NCBI RefSeq assembly: GCF_006345805.1
Contig: NC_043005.1
Span: forward strand, 100,192,001-100,256,000
Direction of reading: 5' to 3'
Source of the DNA: Octopus sinensis
Taxonomy: Eukaryota
Length of the DNA stretch: 64,000 nucleotides
Numbering within the stretch: the first letter of the stretch is position 1; each line of letters opens with the position of its first letter. The notes beneath the pieces are model-generated. The model was not told the origin of the DNA and ran no database searches. It saw only the letters and a program-made list of their open reading frames with translations. Of this stretch, positions 23,295 to 36,008 are shown piece after piece. Made by a program: the position numbers and the translations under genes.

Positions 23295-23632
23295 TGATGC
23301 TCAGTGGGTAAACCACTGGGCTCACAATCATGAGGTAGTGAGTTCGATTCCTGGACTGGGATGTGTGTTGTGTTCTTGAGCAAGTCACTTTATTTCAAAT
23401 TGTTCCAGTTCACTCATCTGTAGAAATGAGTTGCAATGTCACTGGTGCCAAGATGTATTGGCCTTTGGCTTTTCCCTTGGATAACACTGGTGGCGTGAAG
23501 AGGGGAGGCTGGTATGCATGGGCGACTGCTGGTCTTCCATAAACAACATTGCCCAGACTTGTACCACAGATGAAAATGTATTAGGTGCAATCCCATTGTC
23601 ATTCATGACCAAAGGGGGTCTTTACCCTTTAC
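23295..23632 (+). mobile_element. tRNA-derived SINE family E (CORE-like)
   Basis: gctcagtgg..gagttcgattcc, then tgttgtgttcttgagcaagtcacttta; second copy at 41945-42280. Confidence 0.8.
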
Positions 23633-23895
23633 TCCATTCATAGTATATATGATGTACGTGATACAGTGTAATCATTTTGAAGAATAGGAGGAACCTGGGT
23701 ATGAATAACATCTATGATTATGATTGGATCTTATTCAGTGTCTTACGTGAAACTTCTTTTTATTTTTGACAAGAAGACATCAAGATAGGTGCTACATTGG
23801 GATTAATGTTGAGGAAGAGGAAGTAATGGATTCTCTACCTGTGAGTCAAGAGCTCAAATCCGTTGTATTTTGTATATATTACATACTCTTAATAT

Positions 23896-24192
23896 GGAGG
23901 CACATGGCCTTGTGGTTAGAGCAGTGGACTTGCGGTTGAGGGATTGCAGGTTCGAATCTCAGACCTGGCAATATGTGTGTTTATGAGCAAAACACCTAAG
24001 CTCCACACAGCTCCAGCAGAAGGTAATGGTGAACTTCTGCTGACTCTTTCACCACAACTTTCTCTCATTCTTTCCTCCTGCATCTTGCAGCTCACCTGCG
24101 ATGGACTGGCGTCCAGTCCAGGTGGGGAACCTATATGCCAAGGAAACCGGGAAACTGGCCCTATGAGCCAGGCGTGGCTCAAGAAGGAACAA
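23896..24192 (+). mobile_element. tRNA-derived SINE family C with a perfect 15-bp TSD
   Basis: acatactcttaatat at 23881-23895 and 24193-24207; A/B boxes; cctgcgatggactggcgtcc central domain (V-domain-like as I recall it). Confidence 0.9.
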
Positions 24193-24284
24193 ACATACTC
24201 TTAATATACGAAATTCATTAGAAATCTACAGTTTTCCTCTATTGATAATTTTAAACGATTGTGCACACAGTGATGTTTGCATCT

Positions 24285-25055
24285 TTAAAGTATGTTTATC
24301 TGTTATCTTTTACTTGTTTCAGTGATTGAACTGCAGCCATGCTGGAGCACTGCTTTGAATTGTTTTAATAGAACAAATCACACCTGGTATTTTTTTGTTA
24401 AACCTTGGTATTTATTCCTTTTTGCAGAACTGCTAAATTATGGGGAAATAAACAAAGCCACACCAGTTGTCAAGCAGAGGTGGGGATAAAGCTTTGGTTT
24501 CTTCTCACCCCAAGGTGATAAATCTTTCACCTTTTACTAAAGATTTCCAAAAAAATGGCAGCCAGCTGGCAGAAACATTAGCACGACGGGCAAAATGCTT
24601 AGCAGTATTTCGTCTGCCATTGCTGCGTTCTGAGTTCAAATTCTGCTGAGGTCAACTTTGCTTTTCATCATTTTGGGGTTGATAAATAAAATACCAGTTA
24701 TGCACTGGAGTCGATGTAATTGACTTAATCCCTTTATCTGTCCTTGTTTGTCCCCTGTATGTTTAGCCCCTTGTGGGAAATATGGAGATATAAAAAGTAG
24801 GGATAAACACAAAGGCAAAGACAAATTTACATAGATACAAATACACACATATATACATATATTACACACACACACATGAACACACACATACACACCACAT
24901 ACAATAGGCTTCTTTCAGTTTTCATCTACCAAGTTCACCCACAAAGCTTTGTTTGGCCTGAGGATACAGACACTTGGCCAATGCTCCATGCATTGGGACT
25001 GAACCTGAAACCATGTGGTTGGGAAGTAAACTACTTACTACATGGTCACACCAAT
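24285..25055 (-). mobile_element. SINE family A, decayed and interrupted
   Basis: 3' half at 24285-24490, head at 24900-25055. Confidence 0.7.
24556..24795 (+). mobile_element. SINE family B nested in family A
   Basis: gctggcagaaacattagcacg..ttctgagttcaaattctgctgaggtcaactttgc..tttagccccttgtggg. Confidence 0.85.
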
Positions 25056-25269
25056 CTCTATCGTTGAATATTGGAACGCAAACTTTGAGAATGCTACTCA
25101 GTCTAGAGAAACTGAAAGTTAGACACTATGATTGTTTAACTGAGCAGTTTAAGCTGATAAATGTTAATGTTGTGGTGAATAAAAGATGCAGACACTCAAC
25201 TCTGCCTCATTCAGGAAGCACTTGATTGCTATTAAAACCATATGAGATCTTTAAACATTATACATTATA

Positions 25270-25682
25270 GTAGGTGCAGGAGCGGCTATGTGGCAAGTAG
25301 CTTGTTTACTAACCACATGGTTCTGGGTTCAGTCCCACTGCATGACACCTTGGGCAAGTGTCTTCTACTATAGCTCAGGCCAACCAAAGCCTTGTGAGTA
25401 GATTTGGTAGACAGAAACTGAAAGAAGCCCGTTGTGTGTATATATATATATACGTGTGTGTGTGTGTGTGTGTGTGTTGTGTGTATATGTATGTGTATGT
25501 GTGTGTTGACAACCGATGCTAGTGTGTTTGTGTCCCCATAACCTAGCGGTTCGGCGAAAGAGACCGATAGAATAAGTACTAGGCTTACAAAGAATAAGTC
25601 CTGGGGTCGATTTGCTCAACTAAAGGTGGTGCTCCAGTATGGCCATAGTCAAATGACTGAAACAAGTAAAAGAGTGAAAGAA
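25270..25682 (+). mobile_element. SINE family A, full length
   Basis: Complete head, internal microsatellite, gactgaaacaagtaaaagag tail. Confidence 0.9.
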
Positions 25683-25842
25683 TATAATTGTGTAGATTAT
25701 AGAAGTTTGTAGAAATTGTAAAAGCATATGGTGCTGAAACATTTCTGGCTTTAAAAGTATCGTGAAAGACCTGTTTGTAAGCCCAACCCTCTGAGTTGGG
25801 CTTACAGGGCTTAGAATAACCGAGGGACCACTGCAATAGGTA

Positions 25843-25935
25843 TGTGAATCTGAGAGGGGAATATGTTGGATAAATTATAATTAATTGATCCTCCTATATT
25901 TTCTTTTTCCAAAAGCCAGGAACTTTCTAGCAGTA
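25843..25935 (-). mobile_element. Partial copy of the 27646-27862 MITE
   Basis: gtgaatctgagaggggaatatgttggataa..aaagccaggaacttt matches the reverse complement of 27655-27745. Confidence 0.6.
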
Positions 25936-27218
25936 TATTGTAAGGGTAGGTATTAATACTATGTTATGGTGAAATGGAATATCGCTAAAATAACATACAA
26001 TATCACACAAAACTTGAGTTAATACACAAATCAGGCATTTTGGTACAACAGAATGAAGTAAGTTTAAGGATCAGACCGATAGATCCCGTGAGAGATGTTT
26101 CAGAAGTGATAGTTATTTGCTTTGTATACCACTGGGGGTTATGGTAGCAGCAAAGATATTATGTATGTCCATCAGTGAAGCAATGAAAGAATCATAAAAT
26201 GTTGAGCTGCAATTCTTATCGTTAACATATAAAACTAAACCAGAATCTAAAACACAGAAAATAAAATGGCTATCTCACTATGAACCACTTTGAACAGAAA
26301 AATCTATACTTTTTTATGGTTTGTAATAATTGTCAGTTAGGCTGTCGAAACTGTTGAAACATACCAACTTGTCCAATGTTAGCTACCACACATTGCAAAT
26401 GAAGCAGTAGCAATAGATACACACATCTATGTATGCATACATTCATAAATGCGTATATACATAAGTAGATGAATACATACACATGTATGTAAATGCATTC
26501 ATGAATACATACTAACATTTATAAATTACATGCATACATGAATATATACATGCGTGGATGTGAATATTTCATTTCTATTTCTTAGAAGAAAAAAAGAATG
26601 TGTGAAGAAGCATGGAACATACAGCCCTTGTTGTCCAGACTTTGAACTTTCATTTGTTCCTTTCATTACAGATTCACTGGACTATAAAAGATGGAAGTTG
26701 CATAAAATCTGGAAATACAGGAGTTTTCCAAGAAAGAGCAAAGTGAACTGATTCCCATCCTCCAAATCCAAATGATTTGTGAAAATTTATAAAATATTCC
26801 CAAGATTCCCCATTAAGTTTCCTGGAGTGACTATGCACATATAATCATATGTACATGCAGCACATGCTCACACACACACACAGAGTAATCATTCACATTG
26901 GCATACTAAAGAAACAATATGTACCCCTTTAACTTATTTGGTCAACACATTCACTCACACACTTATATCAAATCACTCGCATATTCATAAATTTCTGGAA
27001 CAGCATTGGTTTCAGGAGAAAAATGTTCTCCCACTTTTTAGTGGAATGGTCAGAATGTTGCAAAGAAGACTTTGAATAAATCTTAAATAAAAACACACAT
27101 ACTTAACTATATACATATCCATGTGTACAAAAAACATAAAAGATACATATGTAATGACATTCATATCTGGACCCCTGTATATGAGGGCACATAAATATGC
27201 ATAAACATATACATATGT

Positions 27219-27622
27219 AGGTGTAGGAGTGGCTGTGTGGTAAGTAGCTTGCTTACCATCCACATGGTTCCGGGTTCAGTCCCACTGCGTGGCACTTTGG
27301 GCAAGTGTCTTCTACTATAGACTCGGGCCAACCAAAGCCTTGTGAGTGGTAGATGGAAACTGAAAGAAGCCTGTCGTATATATGTATATATATGTATGTG
27401 TGTGTATATGTTTGTGTGTCTGTGTTTGTCCCTCCAACATCACTTGACAACCGATGCTGGTGTGTTTACGTCTACATAATTTAGCAGTTCAGCAAAAGAG
27501 ACCAATAGAATAAGTACTAGTCTTGCAAAGAATAAGTCCTGGGGTCGATTTACTCGACTAAAAGGCGGTGCTCCAGCATGGCCACAGTCAAATGACTGAA
27601 ACAAGTAAAAGAGTAAAAGAGT
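27219..27622 (+). mobile_element. SINE family A, full length
   Basis: Close to the family consensus throughout. Confidence 0.9.
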
Positions 27623-27645
27623 ATGTACACACATACGCACACATA

Positions 27646-27862
27646 AGAGGGGGTGCTGAAAAGTTCCTGGCTTTGGGTAAAAGAAAATACAGGAGGATCT
27701 GTGAATCATGATTTTATTCAACATATTTCTCTCCCAGATTCACACACTTATTGCAGCAGTCCTTAAGTTTTTCAAAGCTCTGTAAAAGAACTCAAAAGGT
27801 TTGGCCTCCAGCCAGGCCTTTTGTGATATCCTTAAAGCTAGCAACTTTTCAGAACCCCTTTG
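27646..27862. mobile_element. Mariner-type MITE (217 bp)
   Basis: TA flanks at 27644-45 and 27863-64; 29-bp TIRs match at 23/29 (core gggg.tctgaaaagtt). Confidence 0.8.
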
Positions 27863-27929
27863 TACATAATCTGTACAAGTTAACAAAATAGAAAACACCA
27901 ACAGACGAAGTTGACTATATTGAGACTGA

Positions 27930-28230
27930 TAGGTTAAAAAAATATTGGTGGAAAGAATTAAATCAGCCACCAAGTTAAAACACAATTGGCCAGATATTGT
28001 TGTGAGCAACAGCATGGGAGATGTATATTCTGTTTTGGAAATCAGCTGCCCCCTGGGCATCATTGTGATTAGAAAATTACAAGAGAAAGAGAACATCTTT
28101 GGGCCACCGACAAGGAGTTTGCTAAATCCAAGATACACTTTTAGCTTCATATCACTTATTATTAGAACAAGAGGATATTTACCAACCCATCTAGAGCAAA
28201 ATATGACTTAACTTGGATTCTTGGGAGAAA
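27930..28230 (+). pseudogene. RLE-type LINE endonuclease relic
   Basis: KHNWPDIVV..VLEISCPLG..KLQEKENIF..FISLIIRTRGY fits the PD..(D/E)..K restriction-like fold of R2/R4-group elements. Confidence 0.7.
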
Positions 28231-28649
28231 GAAAGCAACTCTTTAATTCATACACTACAAATGATTATGATATCTGGGAGAGAAAAAAACTGCAAGACAT
28301 CAAGACTTGAAGGATGATGAAAAAAAACAAGATACTTTCTTTCGTAACCTTGCAACAAATCAGGTGACTGGACAAGATTAAATTAAAAAGAGAAAAAAAA
28401 AAAAGAAGATTCTTACATAAGTTAGCCTCATTCCAATGAAAGAGCTTTGTTTTTAGGTTAGAAACCAGCTCAATATCCATTGGTGACAAATTCAGAAAAA
28501 TAAAACCTAGAAAACAAGCAGACATAATTCTATAAATTTTGATTTTTTTCCCTGTGATTATTGGGTCACTTTATTATGTACCTAAATAACAAGGTACCAA
28601 AAACAGAAAATACACAAGAAGTTAAGAAATTGCAATTATCACACATTAA

Positions 28650-28865
28650 CCCTTTCATTACCATATTTCTGTTGAGATATTCTGTGTTTCTTTCAATTAA
28701 TTTTAAATATAACAAAGAATTCAGTAAAATAATGTAGTCATCATTAAGCTAGTGTTAGGAACATAAATTGTGACTAAGTTTGGTGGAAGATTTTAATTCA
28801 GATCTTTTGAAAACATTTGTATTACAGAGCCAGAAGCGGTTTCAGGTGGGTTGGTATCAAAAGGG
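28650..28865. mobile_element. piggyBac-type MITE
   Basis: TTAA|ccctttcattacca ... tggtatcaaaaggg|TTAA; second copy at 50263-50482. Confidence 0.8.
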
Positions 28866-29262
28866 TTAACAGAAGTTTGAAAATGTATGAAATGTCCCAG
28901 ATGTTTAGCCTATAGTGGGTACATATTCACACACACGCATGCATACACATTTACACACATACACACAATTCAAAACATACAGATTCACACATGCAATAAG
29001 GTGCACACACAGATGTAGATGCATACACAGGGAATGAAATGCATGCATATATGCTGACACATATACACACATGACCTGTGTACACACACATAAATACATA
29101 CATATGCAATAGCATGCGCAAATGCAGTGCATATGCATATGCAGATACATGCAATGACATACATGGGTGCATGTATGTGACATGTATACAATGTGCAGAT
29201 ACAAGTGGATATATATACATTCAATGATGTGCACACATACAGATGCATACAGAAACATTAGT

Positions 29263-29563
29263 GGAGGCACATGGCTTAGTGGTTAGAGTATCGGACTCGC
29301 GGTCGAGGGATCGCGTGTTCGAATCTCGGATTGGGTGATGTGTGTGTTTATGAGCGAAACACCTAAGCTCCACACGGCTCTGGCAGAAGGTAATGGTGAA
29401 CTTCTGCTGCCTCTTTCGCCACAACTTTCTTTCACTCTTTCCTCCTGCATCTTGCAGCTCACCTGCGATGGAGCAGCGTCCCGTTCAGGTGGGGAACATA
29501 TACGCCAAGAAACCAGGAAACTGGCCCTTATGAACCAGGCATTGCTCGAGAAGGAACAAACAA
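29263..29563 (+). mobile_element. SINE family C
   Basis: Full-length match to 23896-24192. Confidence 0.9.
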
Positions 29564-30179
29564 AATACAGGAAGCATCGACATGCGATAACACATGCAAA
29601 TACATGCACATGCAATATGCGCACATGCATGCAGATAGTTAGGTTTTAGTGATAATGGTGATGGTGGAGTCTTTGCCAGTTGCAATGCTGAAAATTCAGC
29701 TGTTTGATTAACCGAGCTACCAACTTAAAAAATTAATATTTAAGTGGCTGAGTATTTCATAGACATGTTACTATTAACATAACTGTCAGACCAGATCAGT
29801 ATGACATAGTGCATAATAAGGCTGGGTCTCTGAGCATCCAACGAACGTCTACACAGTTTCTATGGAACTTATATGGTCCTAGGAGGAGGCTGTGGTTAAA
29901 AAGAATACTTGATGATGATGATGCCATACATTGGGGTCAAACCTGCCATCTCATGATTGCGAATTGATTTTCTAAACCACTCAGCTATACAAACATATAT
30001 ACATAAAATACACACACGTTGACATTCACACAAATATATGCATACATAAATACTAACACATACAAAGTTTAAAACATTTCCTTTTTATTATCTAAAATGT
30101 TATATTTACACTTTTCATATTTCTGTTCTTACCAAAGATTATAGATGTTTAGTTAGTCTTGAGAAACTGTAGATTAGCC

Positions 30180-30395
30180 TTGATTGGGCAATAAAAGCTA
30201 ATCCACCAGATTATATCATTAAGTATTATTAGAAGAGGAAGTGCTTTCTAACAGAAATTTCAGTTGTAAACAGATGATAGATAAGATATCTTTAAAAGAA
30301 ATGGTGACACTATACAAATATAAAGATCTGGAAATAGAGATAACTGGAATGTTGGGACCGAAAACAGAAACAATCCCTATAATATCCAATCTCAT
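30180..30395 (+). pseudogene. RLE-type (R4/Dong-like) LINE C-terminal relic
   Basis: KYKDLEIEITGMLGPKTETIPII matches the same motif at ~56360. Confidence 0.7.
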
Positions 30396-30639
30396 TAACA
30401 CAGTTGTGACAATAATTTTATTTGACATTTTGCACACAAAAAGAAATACGGTGTTAAGGCGTCACAATCACTGGTGCTTTTATCAAGACACCATCTCACT
30501 GCTGCAATATTGGGTTTGAAAAACTATGCAGTTTGTAGTGAAGAAAGAATATTATTTTCAGTGAGAAATATCAAAGAAGTCATTTCAAACAGTGAGAGAA
30601 CCCAAGAACAGAAAGAAGAATGACAGGACAGATAGCTGG

Positions 30640-31330
30640 AAAGAAAAGAAATTATAACAATTATAACCAATTCATGCCACAAACTAAGGACATTAGAAAT
30701 TAAGAATGCTGGTTGTGGTTGATAGATAGAAACCTGAAATGAGAAACTGATAATAGCTACTTAGAAATAAGATAGAACAAATTTGATAAAGACAATGATT
30801 AATAAAATGCAGTCAGAGAGCAAACACAGAATCTGTAGAAAAGGAGACAAAAAATTTAACTGTCTCTTAAGTGAATGCAGTAAGCTAGGACAAAAATGAG
30901 TATAAATGCAGGTATGTCTGTGTCATTAAAAGATTGCATTTGGATGTTAGCCATGTTTATAAATTCAAATTGATGGCAAAGGGGTATGGACATGAACCAT
31001 AGGCTATGAGGATGAATGATAATTACAGGGGATTTTCCCATAAAAACTGATCATGCCAGTGAAGCAAGGAGACCACATAGGATTGTAGAGACCAAAGAGA
31101 AAGAAAAAGTGTTAAATCATAGACAATGCAATACTGTACGATAGTTCAGTAAACATCTAGGAAATGAAGAAATATGAGGATCTTGCAAAACAAATCCCAG
31201 AAAAACTATGGAACACAAAGGCAAAAATTGTTCATGTGGTAATTAGTGTGTTCAGCACAACACACTCAAATTGCTAATTAAGTTAGCAGGTTATAGCTTT
31301 TAAATGATGATGATGATAATAATAATAAGA
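30640..31330 (+). pseudogene. RLE-type (R4/Dong-like) LINE relic: zinc knuckle plus endonuclease
   Basis: ESKHRICRKGD..LLSECSKLGQ, DFPIKTDHASEARRP and YEDLAKQIPEKLWNTKAKIVHVVI; ends at (gat)(aat)n. Confidence 0.7.
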
Positions 31331-31804
31331 TTTTATAATATACTTGGTGAATGTAAATGAAACAGTATTAAGTTAAAATTAGCATCTGTGTATCATATTA
31401 AATGTCTACACACCACTGAAAGGGATGATGCTATGAGTTTTGTCTGAGACATGAATCTCTTGAAAGGTATGTTGTGTTAAGAACACAATAAATATTGGAG
31501 CAAGCTGAATATTGTCATAGCATGTTTGACTCTATTTGGGACTTCTCAATACTGGCAAACTCATATGTCCCTTGCTATGACAAAATTTGTGCTTTGATAT
31601 ATAGGAAACAGTGAATAATGTACTCACTGATATTGCAAAAAGCTTGCCGAGCTGTGAAAAATTTATTGAGCACACCCTAGCTAATTTTTTACAAAAACAC
31701 AAATTTCATTTCAGCAAATGATGAGTAAGGGCTCAGTGTTGATAAACCCTTTGCAGGGTGAAGTGCATCTATCATTCTGTTTTATTCACTTTGCTCTTAT
31801 ATAT

Positions 31805-32236
31805 ACTCTCTTTTACGCGTTTCAGTCATTTGACTGTGGCCATGCTGGAGCACCGCCTTTAATCAAGCAAATCGACCCCCATTCTTTGTAAGCCTAGTAC
31901 TTATTCTATTAGTCTCTTTGCCGAACCGCTAAGTTACGGGGATGTAAACACACCAGCATTGGTTGTCAAGTGATGTTGGGGGGACACACACAGACACACA
32001 AACATATACACACACATACATACATACATACATACATACATACATACATACAGATACATATATATATATATATGACGGGCTTCTTTCAGTTTCCGCCTAC
32101 CAAATCCACTCAAAAGGCTTTGGTTGGCCCGAGGCTATAGTAGAAGACACTTGCCCAAGGTGCCATGCAGTGGGACTGAACCCGGAACCATGTGGTTCAT
32201 AAGCAAGCTGCTTACCACACAGCCACTCCTATGCCT
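31805..32236 (-). mobile_element. SINE family A, full length
   Basis: Complete match including the head. Confidence 0.9.
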
Positions 32237-33659
32237 ATTGTACTTTTAACACAATATGTTCATGAAATTTTTTTCTCACACAAAGGCTACACAAAGATAC
32301 TGTGTATATACATTTAGCATGATACACAAATGACAATTTTAATTTACAATATGTTTCACATTAAATTTCCCATACAGACAAAGGTTAAACAAAGTCACAT
32401 GTACCCCGTACCCTTTCCATTCATATAAGTATTCAACATTAAACCACACAGATGTGCTGTACTCTAACTCAGTTTCCATATAACAGGTGTCATTAAATTC
32501 TAATGAAATTGTTATTTTTCTAATTACAGAAACATTTTCATCTCATTACCCTCCACCTTCACCACAGTTCTGAACTTTATTCCTTTACAAAGAATTATAA
32601 CAACAGCAACAACAAAAAATCCAAAAAGGAAAAACTAGAATAAAAATCTAAAGTAAAACAAGAATTCTTGGAAATAAATCTGGCTGCCACTAATAACGAA
32701 AGATATTATTAGTTATTAAGTTTTCAATATTTCTTAAAAAGCTATGCTATCAAAAATATATTGGAAATAAATGAATAAAAGAAAAATATATGAGAAATGC
32801 ATAAATGATAATTTATCTAATTATAAGTTAATTAGATTTTTGTCTTGAGTATGTATGCTTGGTGAGATTTACTAGCTGCTGCTGTCGTTGTTGTTGGAGC
32901 TGTTCATTTTGATAGTTACCAAGCTAAAGTTAGTAACGTGCTGGCAATTTCAATAAAATTTATAGCACATAAGTTTCACATAGAAGTGAAAGTGTTTTTA
33001 TATTCACAGCAAACATTGAGGAAGAATTCGCTCCAAGCCCAACAAAAAGATATATTTTCAATGATGATATTATCAAGTGTAAGACACTTTAATATAAATT
33101 AAATACATGTAGCTGTACATACACACACACACAACTTGAGGCCTCTTTTACATTGTGCATGTATGCATGCATGCATGTACATATGTAAGTATATATGCAT
33201 ATGTATTGTATGTATGCACATATATATGTCTCTCGCTCTCTATCTTTCTATATAGGGCACATTATTTGCATCAATAAATGTGTATATGGAACTACTATGA
33301 GGGAGTAGAAGAGAGAGCAGGGAGAAGAAATTGACTAAATAGAATTCATACATGAAAATATATTAAATCATTCTCTTTATAGGAGAACTTTTAAGTTAAA
33401 ATTCTACATTCATATAACGAATGCATTCAATTGCCCAGTGTATAGCACCACCCATAGTTGCTAATCTAAATCTATTATCAACACAGGATTTCAATAAGGA
33501 TTCTATGAAATTCTTCAGAATCTTCGCATAGAAATAGACTTGAGGTAAAGCATATCTGATGAGATGTCAAGAAAGGTCAAGAATATATTTTGGTTGCCAT
33601 GCACTTGCACACATATTGCATATGTTTGTATATATATATATATACACACATTTCACTCT

Positions 33660-33682
33660 CTCTCTCCATATATGTATATATA

Positions 33683-33751
<69 letters not shown>

Positions 33752-33871
33752 TAGATAGATAGATAGATGCATACATAGATACACACACATATATAAATAT
33801 GTATAAATGTATATACATATATATATATACATATATACATAAAATACATATACATATATATATATATATAC

Positions 33872-33915
<44 letters not shown>

Positions 33916-34230
33916 ATATATCTATATATACATAAATGTGAACTCAGATATATACACATATATATACCAATACACACACACATACACATATGTATGCATA
34001 CCAATACACACACATATACACATATGTATGTATGCTTATGCACACAGAGAAATGTATGTATGTATACATACACACTTTTATAAAATGATGTCTATAACAG
34101 TAATTATGAATAGAATTAGCTGTAATATTTTGTTTCCGGGAAACACCTCAAAGGGATTTGCATGATAGAAAGGCAGAGGTTTCTTAGATTATCAGTAGGT
34201 CATGCATACATACACACACATGTATATATT

Positions 34231-34270
<40 letters not shown>

Positions 34271-34470
34271 CATATATATATATATATATACATACATATA
34301 CACACACACACAATCATGCATGCAAGTAAACATATATAAAGTGTGTGTATATATCATCATCCTTTACTGTATACATACATATATATATTCATATATTTTA
34401 TATACACACACACACATATATATGTATATATAGATACATATATATATATATATATATATTGGAAGGTTTG
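33660..34470. repeat. Compound (TA)/(GATA)/(TG)/(CA) microsatellite field
   Basis: Directly visible. Confidence 0.9.
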
Positions 34471-34488
34471 GAGATGATGTACAGGTAT

Positions 34489-34557
34489 TATATATTAGAA
34501 GAAATGAGGTAAAATATGAACCATCCGATCTTCTGATTACCTCATTTCTTCTAATAT

Positions 34558-34560
<3 letters not shown>
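34489..34560. repeat. Perfect 24-bp inverted repeat with a 24-nt spacer
   Basis: tatatattagaagaaatgaggtaa and ttacctcatttcttctaatatata. Confidence 0.95.
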
Positions 34561-34593
<33 letters not shown>

Positions 34594-34695
34594 CAAATAT
34601 ATGTATTTGTGTGTATATATTGGCCACCAAAGGCGGTGCTCCAGCATGGCTGCAGTCAAATTACTGAAACAAGTAAAAGATTAAGAGTATATATA

Positions 34696-34760
34696 TATAC
34701 TAGCTGACGTACCCGGTAATTCCCGGAAAAGTGGGGCTTATCCCTCGGTCCCATTCTCAT
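34696..34760 (+). mobile_element. Helitron/Helentron-type 5' terminus; extent unclear
   Basis: tactagctgacgtacccggtaattcccgg. Confidence 0.4.
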
Positions 34761-35531
34761 AGTTGTTTGACTAATCCAATAACAACAATTCAAAGTATGT
34801 AGCCCTTAAAACAGTTTTTGTGCATTTACAGAGACTACCAAACTGTCTTACACAGGATCTTGTTTTTAGGGATTCCCAATATATTATGAATACCCAAATT
34901 GTGAAGTCAGTTATGTAATAATTAGTTACCTGATAGTAAGAATTCAAATAAAGTAACACTGAAAAAGGCTTTAATGCATTCCCAGAGAATATAGAACTTA
35001 GGAGAAAATACTAAGTTATGTATACTAAAATCATGAAGCAGGTTACGTAATAACAGGCCAATCAGATATGAGATAATAACATTTGAAAGTAAATAACTCT
35101 GAAAATGGCTTCTGTACATTCCCAGGAAATATTAGCCTCTGGGCTGCTAGTATTGGTATATTTGTGATTAAGTCACTAACTGAAAAAATGGATCTATTGT
35201 TTAGAAAAATACTATTTACTTGTTTAAGGGTTGTACTGGTTAAATTGCGAAAAAACTCTAACAGTTCAAATACTAAGAAATAAGCATACTCAATTTGATT
35301 TATACCAAAAAATATAGGAAAATGAATGCTGTTAAAATAAGATATATTAGTTATATATAAGGATCACTTCCAGGGGCTTTATTATCGATATTTTTCAACA
35401 ATCTGAGCATGCCATGAAGTTTCCAGATAGCAGTTCTCCTCACGTGTCAAGTTGCAGCAAAATCTATAAAAGGCTGTAGGAGGAGTTAGCTAACAACTCT
35501 GCAAACAAACACACCCACAGACAGAATTTCC

Positions 35532-35637
<106 letters not shown>

Positions 35638-35639
35638 TA

Positions 35640-35800
35640 TAAATGTCTTTCCTTTGGATTTTTCTATATTTCTGATGAAGCATTCTGCTTGAAACGTGAA
35701 ATCCTCTTTTCTTTCTTTCCTTTCCTAAGTGTCCAATAACAGTACTTGTTCCACGTTCTGGCGTTGTTGTTTTTTCTTGCATGTTCTTCTTTGGATTGAC
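35640..35800 (+). mobile_element. Short PLE-type terminal element with a hammerhead-like motif
   Basis: attt-CTGATGA-AGCATTCTGCTT-GAAACGT-G-aaat; homologous to 47825-47990 on the minus strand. Confidence 0.55.
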
Positions 35801-35851
35801 TATATACATACATACATACATACACACATACATGCACACACACACACATGA

Positions 35852-35950
35852 TTGTGCGAATCTGTGAAGGGAATATGCTGAATAAAATCATAATTCCCTG
35901 ATCGTCCTTTATTTTCCTTTTCCCAAAGCCAGGAATTTTTCACCACCCAA
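35852..35950 (-). mobile_element. Partial copy of the 27646-27862 MITE
   Basis: gcgaatctgtgaagggaatatgctgaataaaatcat..caaagccaggaatttttcaccaccc. Confidence 0.6.
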
Positions 35951-35961
35951 CTTGCACACAC

Positions 35962-36008
<47 letters not shown>

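Noticed and set aside
23896-23970. tRNA-like sequences at SINE heads (also 29263, 14640-14710, 27219 and others)
   Set aside because: A/B boxes are present, but there is no complete cloverleaf or acceptor stem, and each continues into a SINE body; these are not tRNA genes.
33488-33585. ttctatg/catagaa hairpin and a CTGATGA motif
   Set aside because: The stem is only 7 bp, and no GAAA/UH follows CTGATGA in the correct register.
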